A stretch of 64,000 bases of DNA from positions 96,679-160,678 of the forward strand of contig CAYOAM010000001.1 of NCBI GenBank assembly GCA_964402035.1, written 5' to 3'. Of this stretch, positions 36,955 through 47,400 are shown in pieces. The notes beneath the pieces are model-generated. The model searched no databases. It was not told the DNA's origin and was given only the letters and a program-made list of their open reading frames with translations. Origin of the DNA: an uncultured Candidatus Saccharibacteria bacterium. Its GTDB lineage: Bacteria; Patescibacteriota; Minisyncoccia; Phycocordibacterales; UBA918. The first letter of the stretch is position 1; the number at the start of each line of letters is the position of its first letter. A program made the translations under genes and the position numbers.

Positions 36955-38433
36955 ATGTCACGCACCTACATAAAAATAGGAGTACGCACAACCCTCATAG
37001 TGGGGGTTGTCGCGTTACTGGTGTATGCACTCGGTGTACGAGGATCTTCTGTTGGGGCAACATTTGCAACGGGGTCAGGCACCGGTGGTCTTGAGATGAA
37101 AATTGATAGTCGTACGATCTATAATGGCGTCTTGCAACCAGCGCTCTCGTGGGCACTCAAGGACCTCACTCCGTGGGCAGACCACTTCTTTAACTTCGGT
37201 GACGTAAAGCCCGGAGATCACGGTACCAACACGATCTCAATTCACATCAAAAAGAACCCAGCATGGGTATGCCTTGATTTTGTGAACCTCAAAGACAAAG
37301 AAAACGGCAAAAATGAACCAGAATCACAGGTTGATGGAACAAGTGATGGTGAGCTCTCACATGAGCTTGAGTTTTTCTCGTGGATGGATGATGGGGATAA
37401 TAAGTACGAAATAGGGGAGCGCGCCCTGTTTGGGACATCCACGCAATCTGCGTTTGAGGTGCTCAAAGGAAAGAGCTATGCACTCGCGGATGCACATACT
37501 GGCACAGCTTTTCCTGCGGGACAAACAAAGTATGTGGGTGTGGTGTGGTGTGCGGGTGATCTCAGTGTCAGTACGACGACGGCCTCTATAGCATGTAATG
37601 GTGAGGCGATGGGTAACGAGGCGCAAACTGACTCCATGAGCCTTGATGTGGCGCTCCGTGCAGTCTCATCAAAAGATCAAAAAAGGTTTTCGTGTACCAA
37701 CGATACACCTGAACCGGCGTTGTGTTTGGCGCGTGGCAACCTCCTCAAGAATGGTAGCTTTGAAAAACCAAAAGTGGGGAGAGCAAAGTGGGACGTATTC
37801 CCTTCAGTTGTGGGCGGACTCGAATGGACGGTCGCTTGGGTTACTCCTGCAACCAATTCTCCTACGGTACCACTCTTGGAATTGCAGCGAGGACTTCCTG
37901 CGTTCGAGGGCAAACAGTTTGCAGAACTCGATTCAGATTTCTATGGACCTCCGGGCGGCAACTATAAAGGCGAAAAAACGTCTGTCGCGATTTCGCAGCT
38001 TGTCGACACAACTCCCGGCGCTCGGTACACACTGACCTTTGCTTTCTCTCCATTGCCGAAAACAAATGCTGCGGACAATGCGGTGCAGGCAGTGATCGGT
38101 GGAGTAGCGCATGGCGCGCCAATCTCACGCAATGGTTCAGCGCTTACGACAACATCATGGACCGAACATACCTTCTCGTTTGTGGCGACGAGTACCAAGA
38201 CCCGGGTAGCGCTCGTTGATGTAGGCAAGACCACTTCGTTTGGAACACTCGTGGATGATGTCTGGTTCGGATGCAAGAATCAGCGAGAGGATGATGCAGA
38301 CGATCATAATGATCATAACGACGACTATGATACGCCGTGGCATGAGGAGCATACGCGTGGTGGCTGGACGTCTGTTGTTGGGTACTGCAAAGAACTTTGG
38401 GATGATATAAAAGGTAAGGGAAAACGCGTATGA
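36955..38433 (+). CDS. TasA/camelysin-like secreted protein, third paralog, with DUF642-like C-terminal domain
   Basis: N-terminal domain paralogous to the two above (FNFGDVKPGDHGTNTISIHIKKNPAWVC). C-terminal NGSFEKPKV...GKQFAELDSDFYGPPGG. The signal-region motif is degenerate. Confidence 0.65.
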   Translation: MSRTYIKIGVRTTLIVGVVALLVYALGVRGSSVGATFATGSGTGGLEMKIDSRTIYNGVLQPALSWALKDLTPWADHFFNFGDVKPGDHGTNTISIHIKKNPAWVCLDFVNLKDKENGKNEPESQVDGTSDGELSHELEFFSWMDDGDNKYEIGERALFGTSTQSAFEVLKGKSYALADAHTGTAFPAGQTKYVGVVWCAGDLSVSTTTASIACNGEAMGNEAQTDSMSLDVALRAVSSKDQKRFSCTNDTPEPALCLARGNLLKNGSFEKPKVGRAKWDVFPSVVGGLEWTVAWVTPATNSPTVPLLELQRGLPAFEGKQFAELDSDFYGPPGGNYKGEKTSVAISQLVDTTPGARYTLTFAFSPLPKTNAADNAVQAVIGGVAHGAPISRNGSALTTTSWTEHTFSFVATSTKTRVALVDVGKTTSFGTLVDDVWFGCKNQREDDADDHNDHNDDYDTPWHEEHTRGGWTSVVGYCKELWDDIKGKGKRV

Positions 38434-39995
38434 AAGTCTTCTACGCCTTATGCCGAGGTTTGTTTATATTCCTATTGCTCGGGGTTGCTGCACTCTTTTT
38501 GGTACCGGTACTTCCTATAACGGGTAATATTGATATCAAGATTGTGAAGTCAGGTTCTATGGAACCTGCGATTATGACCGGGGCGGTTGTTGTGGTACGG
38601 CCACAAGGGGACTATCATATTGGGGATGTGGTGACGTTTCAGAGCGCTTCAGCGGATATTCCGACTACGCACCGGATAGTGGAGCAGCGTGCAGAAGGAA
38701 ATGCGCTTTTTTATACAACCAAAGGAGATGCCAATGAAGAAGCTGATACAGAAGAGTCGCCAAAAACCGCGGTTATTGGAAAGGTTCTGTTTTCTATACC
38801 GTACGCAGGATATATTCTCGATTTTGCACGACAGCCATTGGGATTTATGGTCCTTATTGTACTCCCGGCGTTTTTGATAGTTTTTGATGAAATAGAAAAA
38901 ATCTGGCGAGAGTTTAAAAAATTGCGCAGCAAAAAAGAAATTGTCGGTGTTGCTGACCTAAATTCGAATAGCGCAGTATCACAAGAGACGGCAGTTGATA
39001 CGCGACCGCCGCTGCGTATGATGGAGATTAATGTGCCAGTGTATCCGCGGGGATACGGCAACAAAGCACTAAATGCCTATGGCCACACCGCTATCTTGTC
39101 CCTTCCACAAAAGCGCTCACTCCCTGCGTATGTTGAATGGTGTATGGCAGCATTGTTTTCTGTTGTTGTGTCCGTAGCACTCGTTGGTGTAGGTTCTGTC
39201 GGATCGACGGTCTCATATTTCAGTGACACCGAGGGGACTATTGCCAATGCACTCATGGCGCGTTTTCTAGATTTTACTGCTAGTGCGGATGCGCAAACAC
39301 TCACGTTTATTGGTACGGAACTTGCCGATAATAGTGCCGTCGCGTCAATGATTGTACCCTTGTCTGGGAGCGCTGATGTGCTCTACACCATGCACGTAGA
39401 AACGGCGACCGGTACTGATGCATTTTGTGGTGCGATTTTGACGCATCTTGATTCACCGATTAGCTATGATGGTCCACTTCGTGACCTTTCATTTGACGAA
39501 GCGCTATTGCTTGGTGACGATTGGCAAATGTTCCCGACACTTGCGCCCGATGCGGTCTTTGTCCCTGGGGAGATATGCGTGCTCGATATTGTCTATCAAG
39601 GGCGTGATAGTGATAGTCCGGTTGGTGGGTACAGTGATGAAGAACGGGTGAGTCTACAATTTACCGCACCTATCGATATTAGTGGCGCAATCGTAGAACC
39701 GTTTGCTGCACCAGCATTTCTGATATTTTCTGAACATGGAGAAGCTGAGTTACCTACTGAAGAAGCTACAACAACAGAAGATGAGCATGCGTCGTCAACT
39801 CCACCTAGTGAAGTCTTGGACATCGTGTCACCTGAGGCAGTGGTGCCAGAGGATATACCATCTGCGAATACGGTCGAAATTGAGGATGAGGAAGTGACGG
39901 AAGAAACGGAGGAAGTGGAACTCCCGATTGACGTGGAAGAGGAAACAATACAAGAAGAGACGGTAACTGAACCTGTCGTGACGGATACTGTATAA
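38430..39995 (+). CDS. sipW: SipW-type (S26B, archaeal/ER-type) signal peptidase I fused to a C-terminal TasA-like/acidic domain
   Basis: SGSMEP catalytic Ser motif, H at TTHRI, TKGDANEE box, and N- and C-terminal TM helices like B. subtilis SipW. Then about 330 extra aa carrying a second TM plus a SipW-cognate-like motif (VGSTVSYFSDTEGTIANALMA) and an acidic E/T/V-rich tail. Confidence 0.8.
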   Translation: MKVFYALCRGLFIFLLLGVAALFLVPVLPITGNIDIKIVKSGSMEPAIMTGAVVVVRPQGDYHIGDVVTFQSASADIPTTHRIVEQRAEGNALFYTTKGDANEEADTEESPKTAVIGKVLFSIPYAGYILDFARQPLGFMVLIVLPAFLIVFDEIEKIWREFKKLRSKKEIVGVADLNSNSAVSQETAVDTRPPLRMMEINVPVYPRGYGNKALNAYGHTAILSLPQKRSLPAYVEWCMAALFSVVVSVALVGVGSVGSTVSYFSDTEGTIANALMARFLDFTASADAQTLTFIGTELADNSAVASMIVPLSGSADVLYTMHVETATGTDAFCGAILTHLDSPISYDGPLRDLSFDEALLLGDDWQMFPTLAPDAVFVPGEICVLDIVYQGRDSDSPVGGYSDEERVSLQFTAPIDISGAIVEPFAAPAFLIFSEHGEAELPTEEATTTEDEHASSTPPSEVLDIVSPEAVVPEDIPSANTVEIEDEEVTEETEEVELPIDVEEETIQEETVTEPVVTDTV

Positions 39996-40027
39996 AAACG
40001 CCCACGAGTATTGCTCGCAGGCGCGTG

Positions 40028-40447
40028 TTAATGGAGTGTTCTGTACTCGAGGGGTTCCTCATCGTTGTTTTCGTTTGGTAGCTCCTCCTCCGTGATAATC
40101 TGCCACTTATGATTGATGTTTATTATATTTTCGAACGGTATCTGGTACGTTAGATGTGTTTCTATGCCGAGCATATTTTGGGTCAGTTCAAGGACACGCT
40201 CACATCCTTCTTCGTCAAGCTCATTTCCGTCGATGACGCCGGGAATTTTCTGGTCGAGCGCATGTTGCATCTGCATGTACAGTGTAAATACTCTTTTGAT
40301 ATCGTCCGTTGCTGGACCCCAGACGTACAATCCGTCTCCCTCAAGTTCAGGAGTAATGAATTCAGAAGGCACAAGTGCGCTCAGGTGAGACGCTATCATC
40401 GTGAGAAGGTCGGGGAGGCCTATGTGCTTGGACATCTTCTCCTCCAA
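40028..40447 (-). CDS. Hypothetical acidic protein
   Basis: ORF with a GGAGGA RBS upstream. No recognisable domain. Confidence 0.35.
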   Translation of the reverse strand: MEEKMSKHIGLPDLLTMIASHLSALVPSEFITPELEGDGLYVWGPATDDIKRVFTLYMQMQHALDQKIPGVIDGNELDEEGCERVLELTQNMLGIETHLTYQIPFENIININHKWQIITEEELPNENNDEEPLEYRTLH

Positions 40448-40635
40448 TAGGAACGGGAAACCTGCTGCATTTGTACCATGTTAGATTTTTGCCGGCAAAT
40501 GAGGCTGTGTACGGTGCGGTTGACTCTTTTTTGCATCTATGCTTGAATACTGGGTACCAAGGACACTAGCACTACAAGGTGGTCGGAGTTGCATAGGTTT
40601 CGTTGGTTTATTTAGTGGTTATCTTAAGAAAGTAC

Positions 40636-40833
40636 ATGAAGGGAACTATTGCACGTTTGACAGATCGAGGGTTCGGCTTTATCACTCCAGAGTCAGGGGA
40701 AAAGGATGTCTTTTTCCATGCTCGTGAGCTCCAGGGCGTTGCATACAACGACCTTAAGGAAGGTGATATGGTGACATTCGAAGTCTCAAACACCGATCGC
40801 GGACCTGCTGCAACAAACGTTGCACGCGCGTAA
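40636..40833 (+). CDS. cspA: Cold-shock protein (CspA family)
   Basis: MKGTIARLTDRGFGFITPE...DVFFHA: RNP1/RNP2 motifs. 65 aa. Confidence 0.9.
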   Translation: MKGTIARLTDRGFGFITPESGEKDVFFHARELQGVAYNDLKEGDMVTFEVSNTDRGPAATNVARA

Positions 40834-40840
40834 TCTAGAG

Positions 40841-40880
40841 AAAATAGCCCCGACCTCAATGAGGTCGGGGCTATTTTCGT
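40841..40880 (+). terminator. Rho-independent terminator after cspA
   Basis: AAAATAGCCCCGACCTC-AAT-GAGGTCGGGGCTATTTT: 17-bp perfect stem plus T-run. Confidence 0.75.
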
Positions 40881-40897
40881 GCCAGATACGGCACCAT

Positions 40898-41380
40898 CTA
40901 TAGAACGGTGTATCGTCGCATGACGAGATGAAATGCGAGACTGATCGCGATGCCAAGTGTGCTACCTGCAATCACATCAATTGGTTCGTGGACCTGCAAC
41001 ATCAGTCGGGTGTAGGAGACACCCGCAACGACACAGAGAGCCAGGAGCAACGATAGCACGCGTATTTTTTTTGATGCATAGTGTGTCCATACATACCAGA
41101 CGATAGTTGTTGCAGCTGCTGCAACAAGTGACGCATGCATACTCGGGAATCGATAGCCACTAATAGCTACTAGTGCATCCTGGGGTCGTGCGATATGGGT
41201 AAGTGATTTGATGATTTGGGTGATGCCTGCAGTCATACCCATGACCATGAGAAAAATGATGCCGTACTGCTTCTTTAGGAGGCTCAGTACTACGCTGCCA
41301 ACAGCAATGAGCACAACCATAAGCCATGGATTTTCAAATCGGTTGAGCAGTAGTGCTACAAAGTACAGAGACGTCTCCAT
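40898..41380 (-). CDS. PAP2-family phosphatase (undecaprenyl-diphosphatase-like)
   Basis: PAP2 motifs KSLTHIARP (KxxxxxxRP), PSMH (PSGH), YTRLMLQVHEPID (SRxxxxxHxxxD). Multiple TM helices. Confidence 0.75.
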   Translation of the reverse strand: METSLYFVALLLNRFENPWLMVVLIAVGSVVLSLLKKQYGIIFLMVMGMTAGITQIIKSLTHIARPQDALVAISGYRFPSMHASLVAAAATTIVWYVWTHYASKKIRVLSLLLALCVVAGVSYTRLMLQVHEPIDVIAGSTLGIAISLAFHLVMRRYTVL

Positions 41381-41385
41381 GATCG

Positions 41386-41937
41386 TCAGTTGGTTTCAGC
41401 AAGTCTCGACTTGAGGTCCCCAACTTCACTCGGATTCAATCTGAGCGGTTTTTTAAATCCCGGTCCTGAAAGCGGCAGATCTATTATGCGAAGTCGCGCC
41501 TCATCACTCTCTCGTGATCCAGCAAATGCAGTAAGCAGGGTAAAGGTTCGTCGTTCGCCTTTTGGAATACGGTATGCAGCACTAGTCGAACCATAATCAG
41601 GGATGATTATTGCTGCGGCAAATCCATCTGTAAGCACTTCTTTGTTTCGTGATTCGAAGAGATAACGGAGCGGGTAATTGATGATCACCGAGTCGTCGCG
41701 CTGTGCGATCCCCGGTATCAGCATGTCCGTTGTAAACGCTTCAAGCGAGAATGTAATGCCTAAAATAGTGATAGGTTTTCCGTTTGCATCCATGGTAATC
41801 GTCTCTGTCGTGTCTTCGAGCGTGATGCTGTTTATGGTATCAATCGTGCTTGGTGTGACCGTAGCTCCATAGCTGTACGAAACACCACCAAAGACGAGGG
41901 ACAACGCAATAACAAGCCGTAACATTGTAGTATACAT
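41386..41937 (-). CDS. Secreted hypothetical protein
   Basis: Signal peptide. No known motif. Confidence 0.4.
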   Translation of the reverse strand: MYTTMLRLVIALSLVFGGVSYSYGATVTPSTIDTINSITLEDTTETITMDANGKPITILGITFSLEAFTTDMLIPGIAQRDDSVIINYPLRYLFESRNKEVLTDGFAAAIIIPDYGSTSAAYRIPKGERRTFTLLTAFAGSRESDEARLRIIDLPLSGPGFKKPLRLNPSEVGDLKSRLAETN

Positions 41938-42067
41938 AAAATATAGTTAGTGAGTTATATTTTACACTATTATTGATAGATCAGGGGTGTGGATTTTGCG
42001 CAGTCCGCGGCATCATAGATATTTGTCTTTTGGCACGGTATACTCTCTTTATATGCAAACGGGAGAT

Positions 42068-43123
42068 ATGGAAACGCACGATGAGCTAGAGTTAGTTGAA
42101 GAGACACGCTTTCCAACGAAGGTCGTGGTATCTATTGTTGTGGGGTTATTGGTCATTTCGGGGCTCGTATTTTTCTATTTTGCGAACCAGGTCGGTACCA
42201 AAGCCAATGTTGAATGTGCCTATCGCGGTGGAACGTGGTTAGGTGACAAAGCGGAATGTATTTTTGATGATACGGCAGGGGGAAAGCAACAGCGTGTTGG
42301 TATGGTAGTTGCATCCATCGAGATTTTAGTACCAGAATCCAAAGAAACAGTAAGGTTTCTAAATGTTGAAATTGGAAAGGCAGGAGCCGCATCACAGACG
42401 TTTGCAATACCACAGGCTTCAAACGGCGTCATTTCAATCATTGATAAGCTGGGTCGGGTGCATACAGCGTCAGGAGACCTCGTATTGCCTTTTGTTGTGC
42501 AGTATGGTGGATCTGGAACATTTAACTATCTGGGGCTATTTGAAAAAATGGATCGCACGTATGTGTTGCGTGACTCACTACTTATTGGTGATAGGGTTGC
42601 GCCCGAAGCGCTCGTGATACTTGCTAATACTCAAGGGGAAGTAGGGGAATTCACTGCTCGTTTGTCGTACCGCGACCGCAAACTGGATGAGCCTATGTCG
42701 GCTATTCCTACGGAACCACGTACCATGTCTGTATCCGTAAAAAATCACCGGAGCGATAGCGTTGCTATCCTGTCTCGCGATGGGCATCATTATAAAGATC
42801 TGCTGATTGTGAAAACTCCACTTGTTGATGAAGCAATAGCTACACCACTCTCGGTTGTCGGTATGGCTCGTGGGTCGTGGTTTTTTGAGGGAAGTTTCCC
42901 TATCACTCTTGTTGATGCTGCAGGCAAGACGCTGGCAGATGGGCAGGCGACAGCATCGGGAGAATGGATGACTGCAGAGTACGTGCCTTTTTCGGCAACG
43001 CTTACGTTTACGTTGCCATCAAGTATGACTGAAAAGCGGGGGAGACTCATATTAAAAAAGGACAATCCTTCAGGTTTAAAGGAACATGATGATCAGTATG
43101 AAATCCCAATAACGTTTAAGTAG
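42068..43123 (+). CDS. Membrane-anchored hypothetical protein (extracytoplasmic beta-rich domain)
   Basis: GGGAGA RBS lies 7 nt upstream of METHD. One N-terminal TM helix. Confidence 0.4.
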   Translation: METHDELELVEETRFPTKVVVSIVVGLLVISGLVFFYFANQVGTKANVECAYRGGTWLGDKAECIFDDTAGGKQQRVGMVVASIEILVPESKETVRFLNVEIGKAGAASQTFAIPQASNGVISIIDKLGRVHTASGDLVLPFVVQYGGSGTFNYLGLFEKMDRTYVLRDSLLIGDRVAPEALVILANTQGEVGEFTARLSYRDRKLDEPMSAIPTEPRTMSVSVKNHRSDSVAILSRDGHHYKDLLIVKTPLVDEAIATPLSVVGMARGSWFFEGSFPITLVDAAGKTLADGQATASGEWMTAEYVPFSATLTFTLPSSMTEKRGRLILKKDNPSGLKEHDDQYEIPITFK

Positions 43124-43235
43124 TGTTTTTGAAACGAGTGTCTACTGATTATTGTTAGTGGTGCATACGGTTGCACATGCACATATAAAAAAGAGCCACG
43201 CGGGGCATCCCCGCGTGGCTCTTTTAACCGTCCTC

Positions 43236-44138
43236 TTAGTTACTTATCGTGATGTCAATAACTTCAGATACTTCATCTTCTGAAAGTCCAGTGCGATCGA
43301 CAATTTCAGCAATGATCTCATTTTCATCGGTGAGATCAAGAGTGAAACTCTGGTGAGAGTCATCCTCGTAACTGATTCGAACGCTTGCTTCACCATCTTC
43401 TATTTCAACTTCAATCTCGAGCTCTCCGTCTTCAAAGCTGATAAGGTCCCGTACGGTATCTTCATCAATATCAAGCTCTTCGGCAATACCCTCAATGACT
43501 TCGTTGTGTTTGGTGGTATCAAGTGAGAAAGAATCCTCCGTTCCGTCAGCAAATTCAACCGTAACCTCAGAATCTCCCCCATCAAATTCGACGCTAATAT
43601 CTTCCACTTCATCTGCTAGGTCAACAAATTCGATCAGGTCATCGACATCTTCGCGGTCCATGTTTAGCTCGTCCGCAAGCTCGTCTATGATGTCATTTCT
43701 ATCGGTGGTATCGAAACTAAATGTCTCGGTGTCACCATCTTCGAACGTGACCACTGCTTCGGCTTCGTCTTCCTCCTCGTTCAGCGTCACTTCAACCTCA
43801 TCTACTTCTTCGGAATCTTCATCGTCGTTTGAATCGTCGTGATCATCATTTGACTCATCTTCATCATGATTTGCGTCGTCATGGTCGTCATTTGATGCAT
43901 CATCATGACTGTGACCTCCTTGCTGTTGCAGTATGCTGAGGAGCTGTCTCAAAAGTGTTATCAGTGCCTGCATCTGCTTTATTTGAGCAGATTCAGCGGT
44001 ACCAAGTGTAACAGTAGCAGAGTGGGTTTTTGCGTGACTTGCTTCACCTTCATCTATGCTGTGGTCGGCGGCCACTCTTCCGAGCGGGAGAGCAATAAAT
44101 GCAAGGATGACCAACAATGTTAACGATGTTTTTTTCAT
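43236..44138 (-). CDS. Secreted acidic repeat protein (paralog of 21556..21975) with three 45-aa internal repeats
   Basis: Signal peptide; IKQMQALITLLRQLLSIL; HDDASNDDHDDANHDEDESNDDHDD; three repeats of FSxDTTxxNxxIxExAxEL..D.EDV.DLIxF. Confidence 0.6.
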   Translation of the reverse strand: MKKTSLTLLVILAFIALPLGRVAADHSIDEGEASHAKTHSATVTLGTAESAQIKQMQALITLLRQLLSILQQQGGHSHDDASNDDHDDANHDEDESNDDHDDSNDDEDSEEVDEVEVTLNEEEDEAEAVVTFEDGDTETFSFDTTDRNDIIDELADELNMDREDVDDLIEFVDLADEVEDISVEFDGGDSEVTVEFADGTEDSFSLDTTKHNEVIEGIAEELDIDEDTVRDLISFEDGELEIEVEIEDGEASVRISYEDDSHQSFTLDLTDENEIIAEIVDRTGLSEDEVSEVIDITISN

Positions 44139-44487
44139 ACGATTAAGTTCAAGTTAAGCGGCCAAAAGGTCCCATAGCTAATAATAGAGTACTACACAAG
44201 AATCCGCATAAAACTCCACACGACGTTGGAGTACTGGGTCCTTATGGATACAGTATACGGACAAAAGCACTTTGAAGCGTGCTTTTGTCCACAGCATGGA
44301 GACTTCTTTTTTGAAGTATTTGTTTCTGAAATATGGGAACATATATACCATCGATATAGGGTGTTGTTAGGGGGGTGCCCTTTACAGACCCTAGTATGTC
44401 CTGTATGATTTTTTTAAACTTTGTCGTCCACGAAGAAGGGTCCGATTTCTCGGTATTTTATTGATATAACACGTTTTAGATAAACCT

Positions 44488-47400
44488 ATGAATAGCCTCA
44501 CAAAATTGGGCTTTGCGGTAGAAAAAACACTTGCTGTGCTGCTGCTTTTGAGTATGGTATTTGGGCAGTATGCATTGGTATTTGCTGAAATTGAAGGGGA
44601 GACTATTCCCCCTGTAGAAGAGGTTGTCAATGAACCGGATACACTAGGCGATGCTCCGGTTTCAAATGAAGAGACAGCGACCGATGAGGAGACACCTCCA
44701 CCCGTGCCTGCGGACGAGTCGTTTAAAGAAGAGACTGAAGAATCGTCCCTTGCACCTGCTACTTTCGCTGCAGTGGTGCCACTCTCTACGATATCCGGGT
44801 TCAAATTTGATGATGTTGATGCTGACGGTGTGTGGGATGCATCTGAAGCTGGTCTTCCTGGTTGGACGATTGAATTGCTTGATACAGACAGCGAAGTAGT
44901 GGGCTCGGATGTCACAGACACAACAGGGCAGTACTCATTTGATGTCGCTCCTGGCATTTTTACCGTTCGTGAGGTCGCACAATCTGGATATATACAGACT
45001 GCACCCGCGGATCATACTTGTTTTTTTAACGTAGAAGAGGATCCGGTTTTGGATCAAAATGAAGGCGCAAAATTTGCTGCAGCACCACATGGTTATATCT
45101 GTAATTTTGGTAATCACCAGATTGAGGTCCCGGACGACACCATGGGGCAATGTATTGGTGAAAATTTGCTTGCAAACGGCAGTTTTGAGAATCCTGATGT
45201 TGTCGATGGTGCTGGGTGGGATATCTTTACTTCCGGAACTTCGGGCCTTGCGTGGGTTGTTTCGTGGGTCAGTGCATTTGTCGGGGCACCGTCTGTAGCA
45301 AATATTGAGTTTCATGGAGGAGTTAATGGCTGGTTGGCAGAAGATGGAAGCCAATATGCTGAATTAGATTCCGATTGGGCGGGGCCAACCAGTAATCAGG
45401 CTGGTGAACAGGCATCATCACGCATTAGTCAAACAGTCCCAACTATTCTTGGGGGAACATACCAACTTACCTTTGATTTTTCTGCGCGTCCTAACTATGG
45501 AACAAGCGAAAATCGCGCTGGTGTGTACATTGATGGCGTACTTACCGATACAGTGTCTGCAAACGGTACCGCTCTTTCAAATACAAGCTGGACCGAGCAC
45601 AGCTACTCATTTATCGCGGATACCTCAACGGAGATTGCGCTTGCTGACGCTGGTACACCAAACTCAGTCGGTTCATTTGTGGATAATGTCTCACTATGCC
45701 TCATTGAGCGGCCAGTAGTACCACAGTGTGCACCGGAACTAAATGGTGGATGGGCAGATCATGTTGTGGGGACACCATCTCAGGGCGATAGAAAAGACGG
45801 ATCCGATGTCTTGGGGTCCCGTTCTGACGCCACCGATGCACTTGATGCTTCAGATTGGGAGCCAGGAGATACTGATGGCTTTTATAGCCTCGGTTTTGGT
45901 GGATCGATCGTAGTGTCTTTTGACAGTTTTGTGCCAGATATCGCTGGAAACGATATCTCGATCCATGAGGCAACAAACGGAGCATTTCCAGCTGGATACC
46001 CTGAAGAAAAGGCATTGATAGAGGTAAGTCAAAATGGTACCAATTGGTTTGCCGTTGGCACTGCAACAAATCTTGTTGCCGCTGATCGTGTGAGTTATTT
46101 TGATGTTGCAAGCACAGGACTCTCGTGGATCAAATTTGTACGTATAACAGATACGTCAGACACGGCACTATACGCTCAATATCCTGACGCTGACGGTTTT
46201 GATCTTGATGCTGTTGATGCAACACAAACCGTGTGCGATGAGCCTGAAGACCACGAACATGACACCGCGACGCTCTATGGATATAAATGGAATGACCTAA
46301 ATAACAATGGTGTAGAGGATGAAGGTGAGCCAAAACTTTCAGGATGGACCATTACCGCCACCGTTGGAACCACAACGTATGTTGATGTGACTGACGCACA
46401 AGGTGCGTATAGTTTAGAGGTGCCGGCAGGGTCAGTGGGTAGTGTGGATGAGACTGCACAGGCAGGATGGTTGCAGACGTATCCACTTGAAAGTGGTGTA
46501 TGCAATTTTGAAGTTGGTGAAGGGGCAGAATTTTTCTGTAAATTTGGAAATTACCATCTTCCCACACAGACTACCTGCGATGCCGAGGTAAATCTCTTGG
46601 GTAATGGAAGTTTTGAAGCACCCGCCGTTGGTGAGGCGCTGTGGGATGTATTTCCTTCTGAGCTGGATGGACTGGTGTGGACTGTTGCATGGCTCGATAC
46701 GACCGGAGCGCCAGAAGTACCACTCCTTGAATTGCAAAGTGGGCGTACGCCAGCAGATGGGTTGCAGTTTGCAGAACTTGACTCAGACTTTTATGGTCCG
46801 CCCGGTGGCCCATACAGTGGAGAGCATACCTCAGTGAAAATATCACAAGCCGTATCCACTATCCCAGGATATCTATACAAGCTTTCATTCCAGTTTTCTG
46901 CGCTGCCATACTCAGCCTCGTCTGATAATGCAGTAGCGGTTAGATTGGGAGGGGTTCAGCAGGGGGCACCGGTCACTAGTGATGGTTCCTTAAGTCCTGA
47001 TACCGTATGGTCAACCTATACCTATAACTATGTTGCTACAGGGTCTACGACAGAAGTTTCTCTTGCTGATGCAGGATTAACAAATTCGTTCGGTACATTG
47101 GTAGATGATGTCGCCTTTACATGTCTGGGCGCGAATCAGGGCGATGGACCAGAGGGAAGTGGTGATAATCCGAACCCTGACAATACCGACAATGGTGGAG
47201 GCGGTGGCGGAGGTGGCGGTGGTAGCCGTATAAGTCTCTCGGGAGGAGGAGGTTCGTCACAAGGTGGAAATAATAATAGTTCTGACGGGGAAGTGCTTGG
47301 CGACAGTGACCACAAATCTGTACCTGAAGTTGCTGGCGCTCAGACCGCCATCTTGCCTACCGGCGCTCCTAATACTGGTTTTGGTGGTACATCTGACGCA

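Noticed and set aside
40520-40550. Candidate cspA promoter TTGACT-17-TTGAAT
   Set aside because: The -10 match is poor (4/6) and alternative spacings are equally plausible, so it is not annotated as a feature.
47150-47290. Tandem GGTGGAGGCGGTGGCGGAGGTGGCGGTGGT repeats
   Set aside because: They encode a Gly10 linker inside the 1000-aa surface protein. There is no repeat-spacer periodicity, so this is not a CRISPR array.
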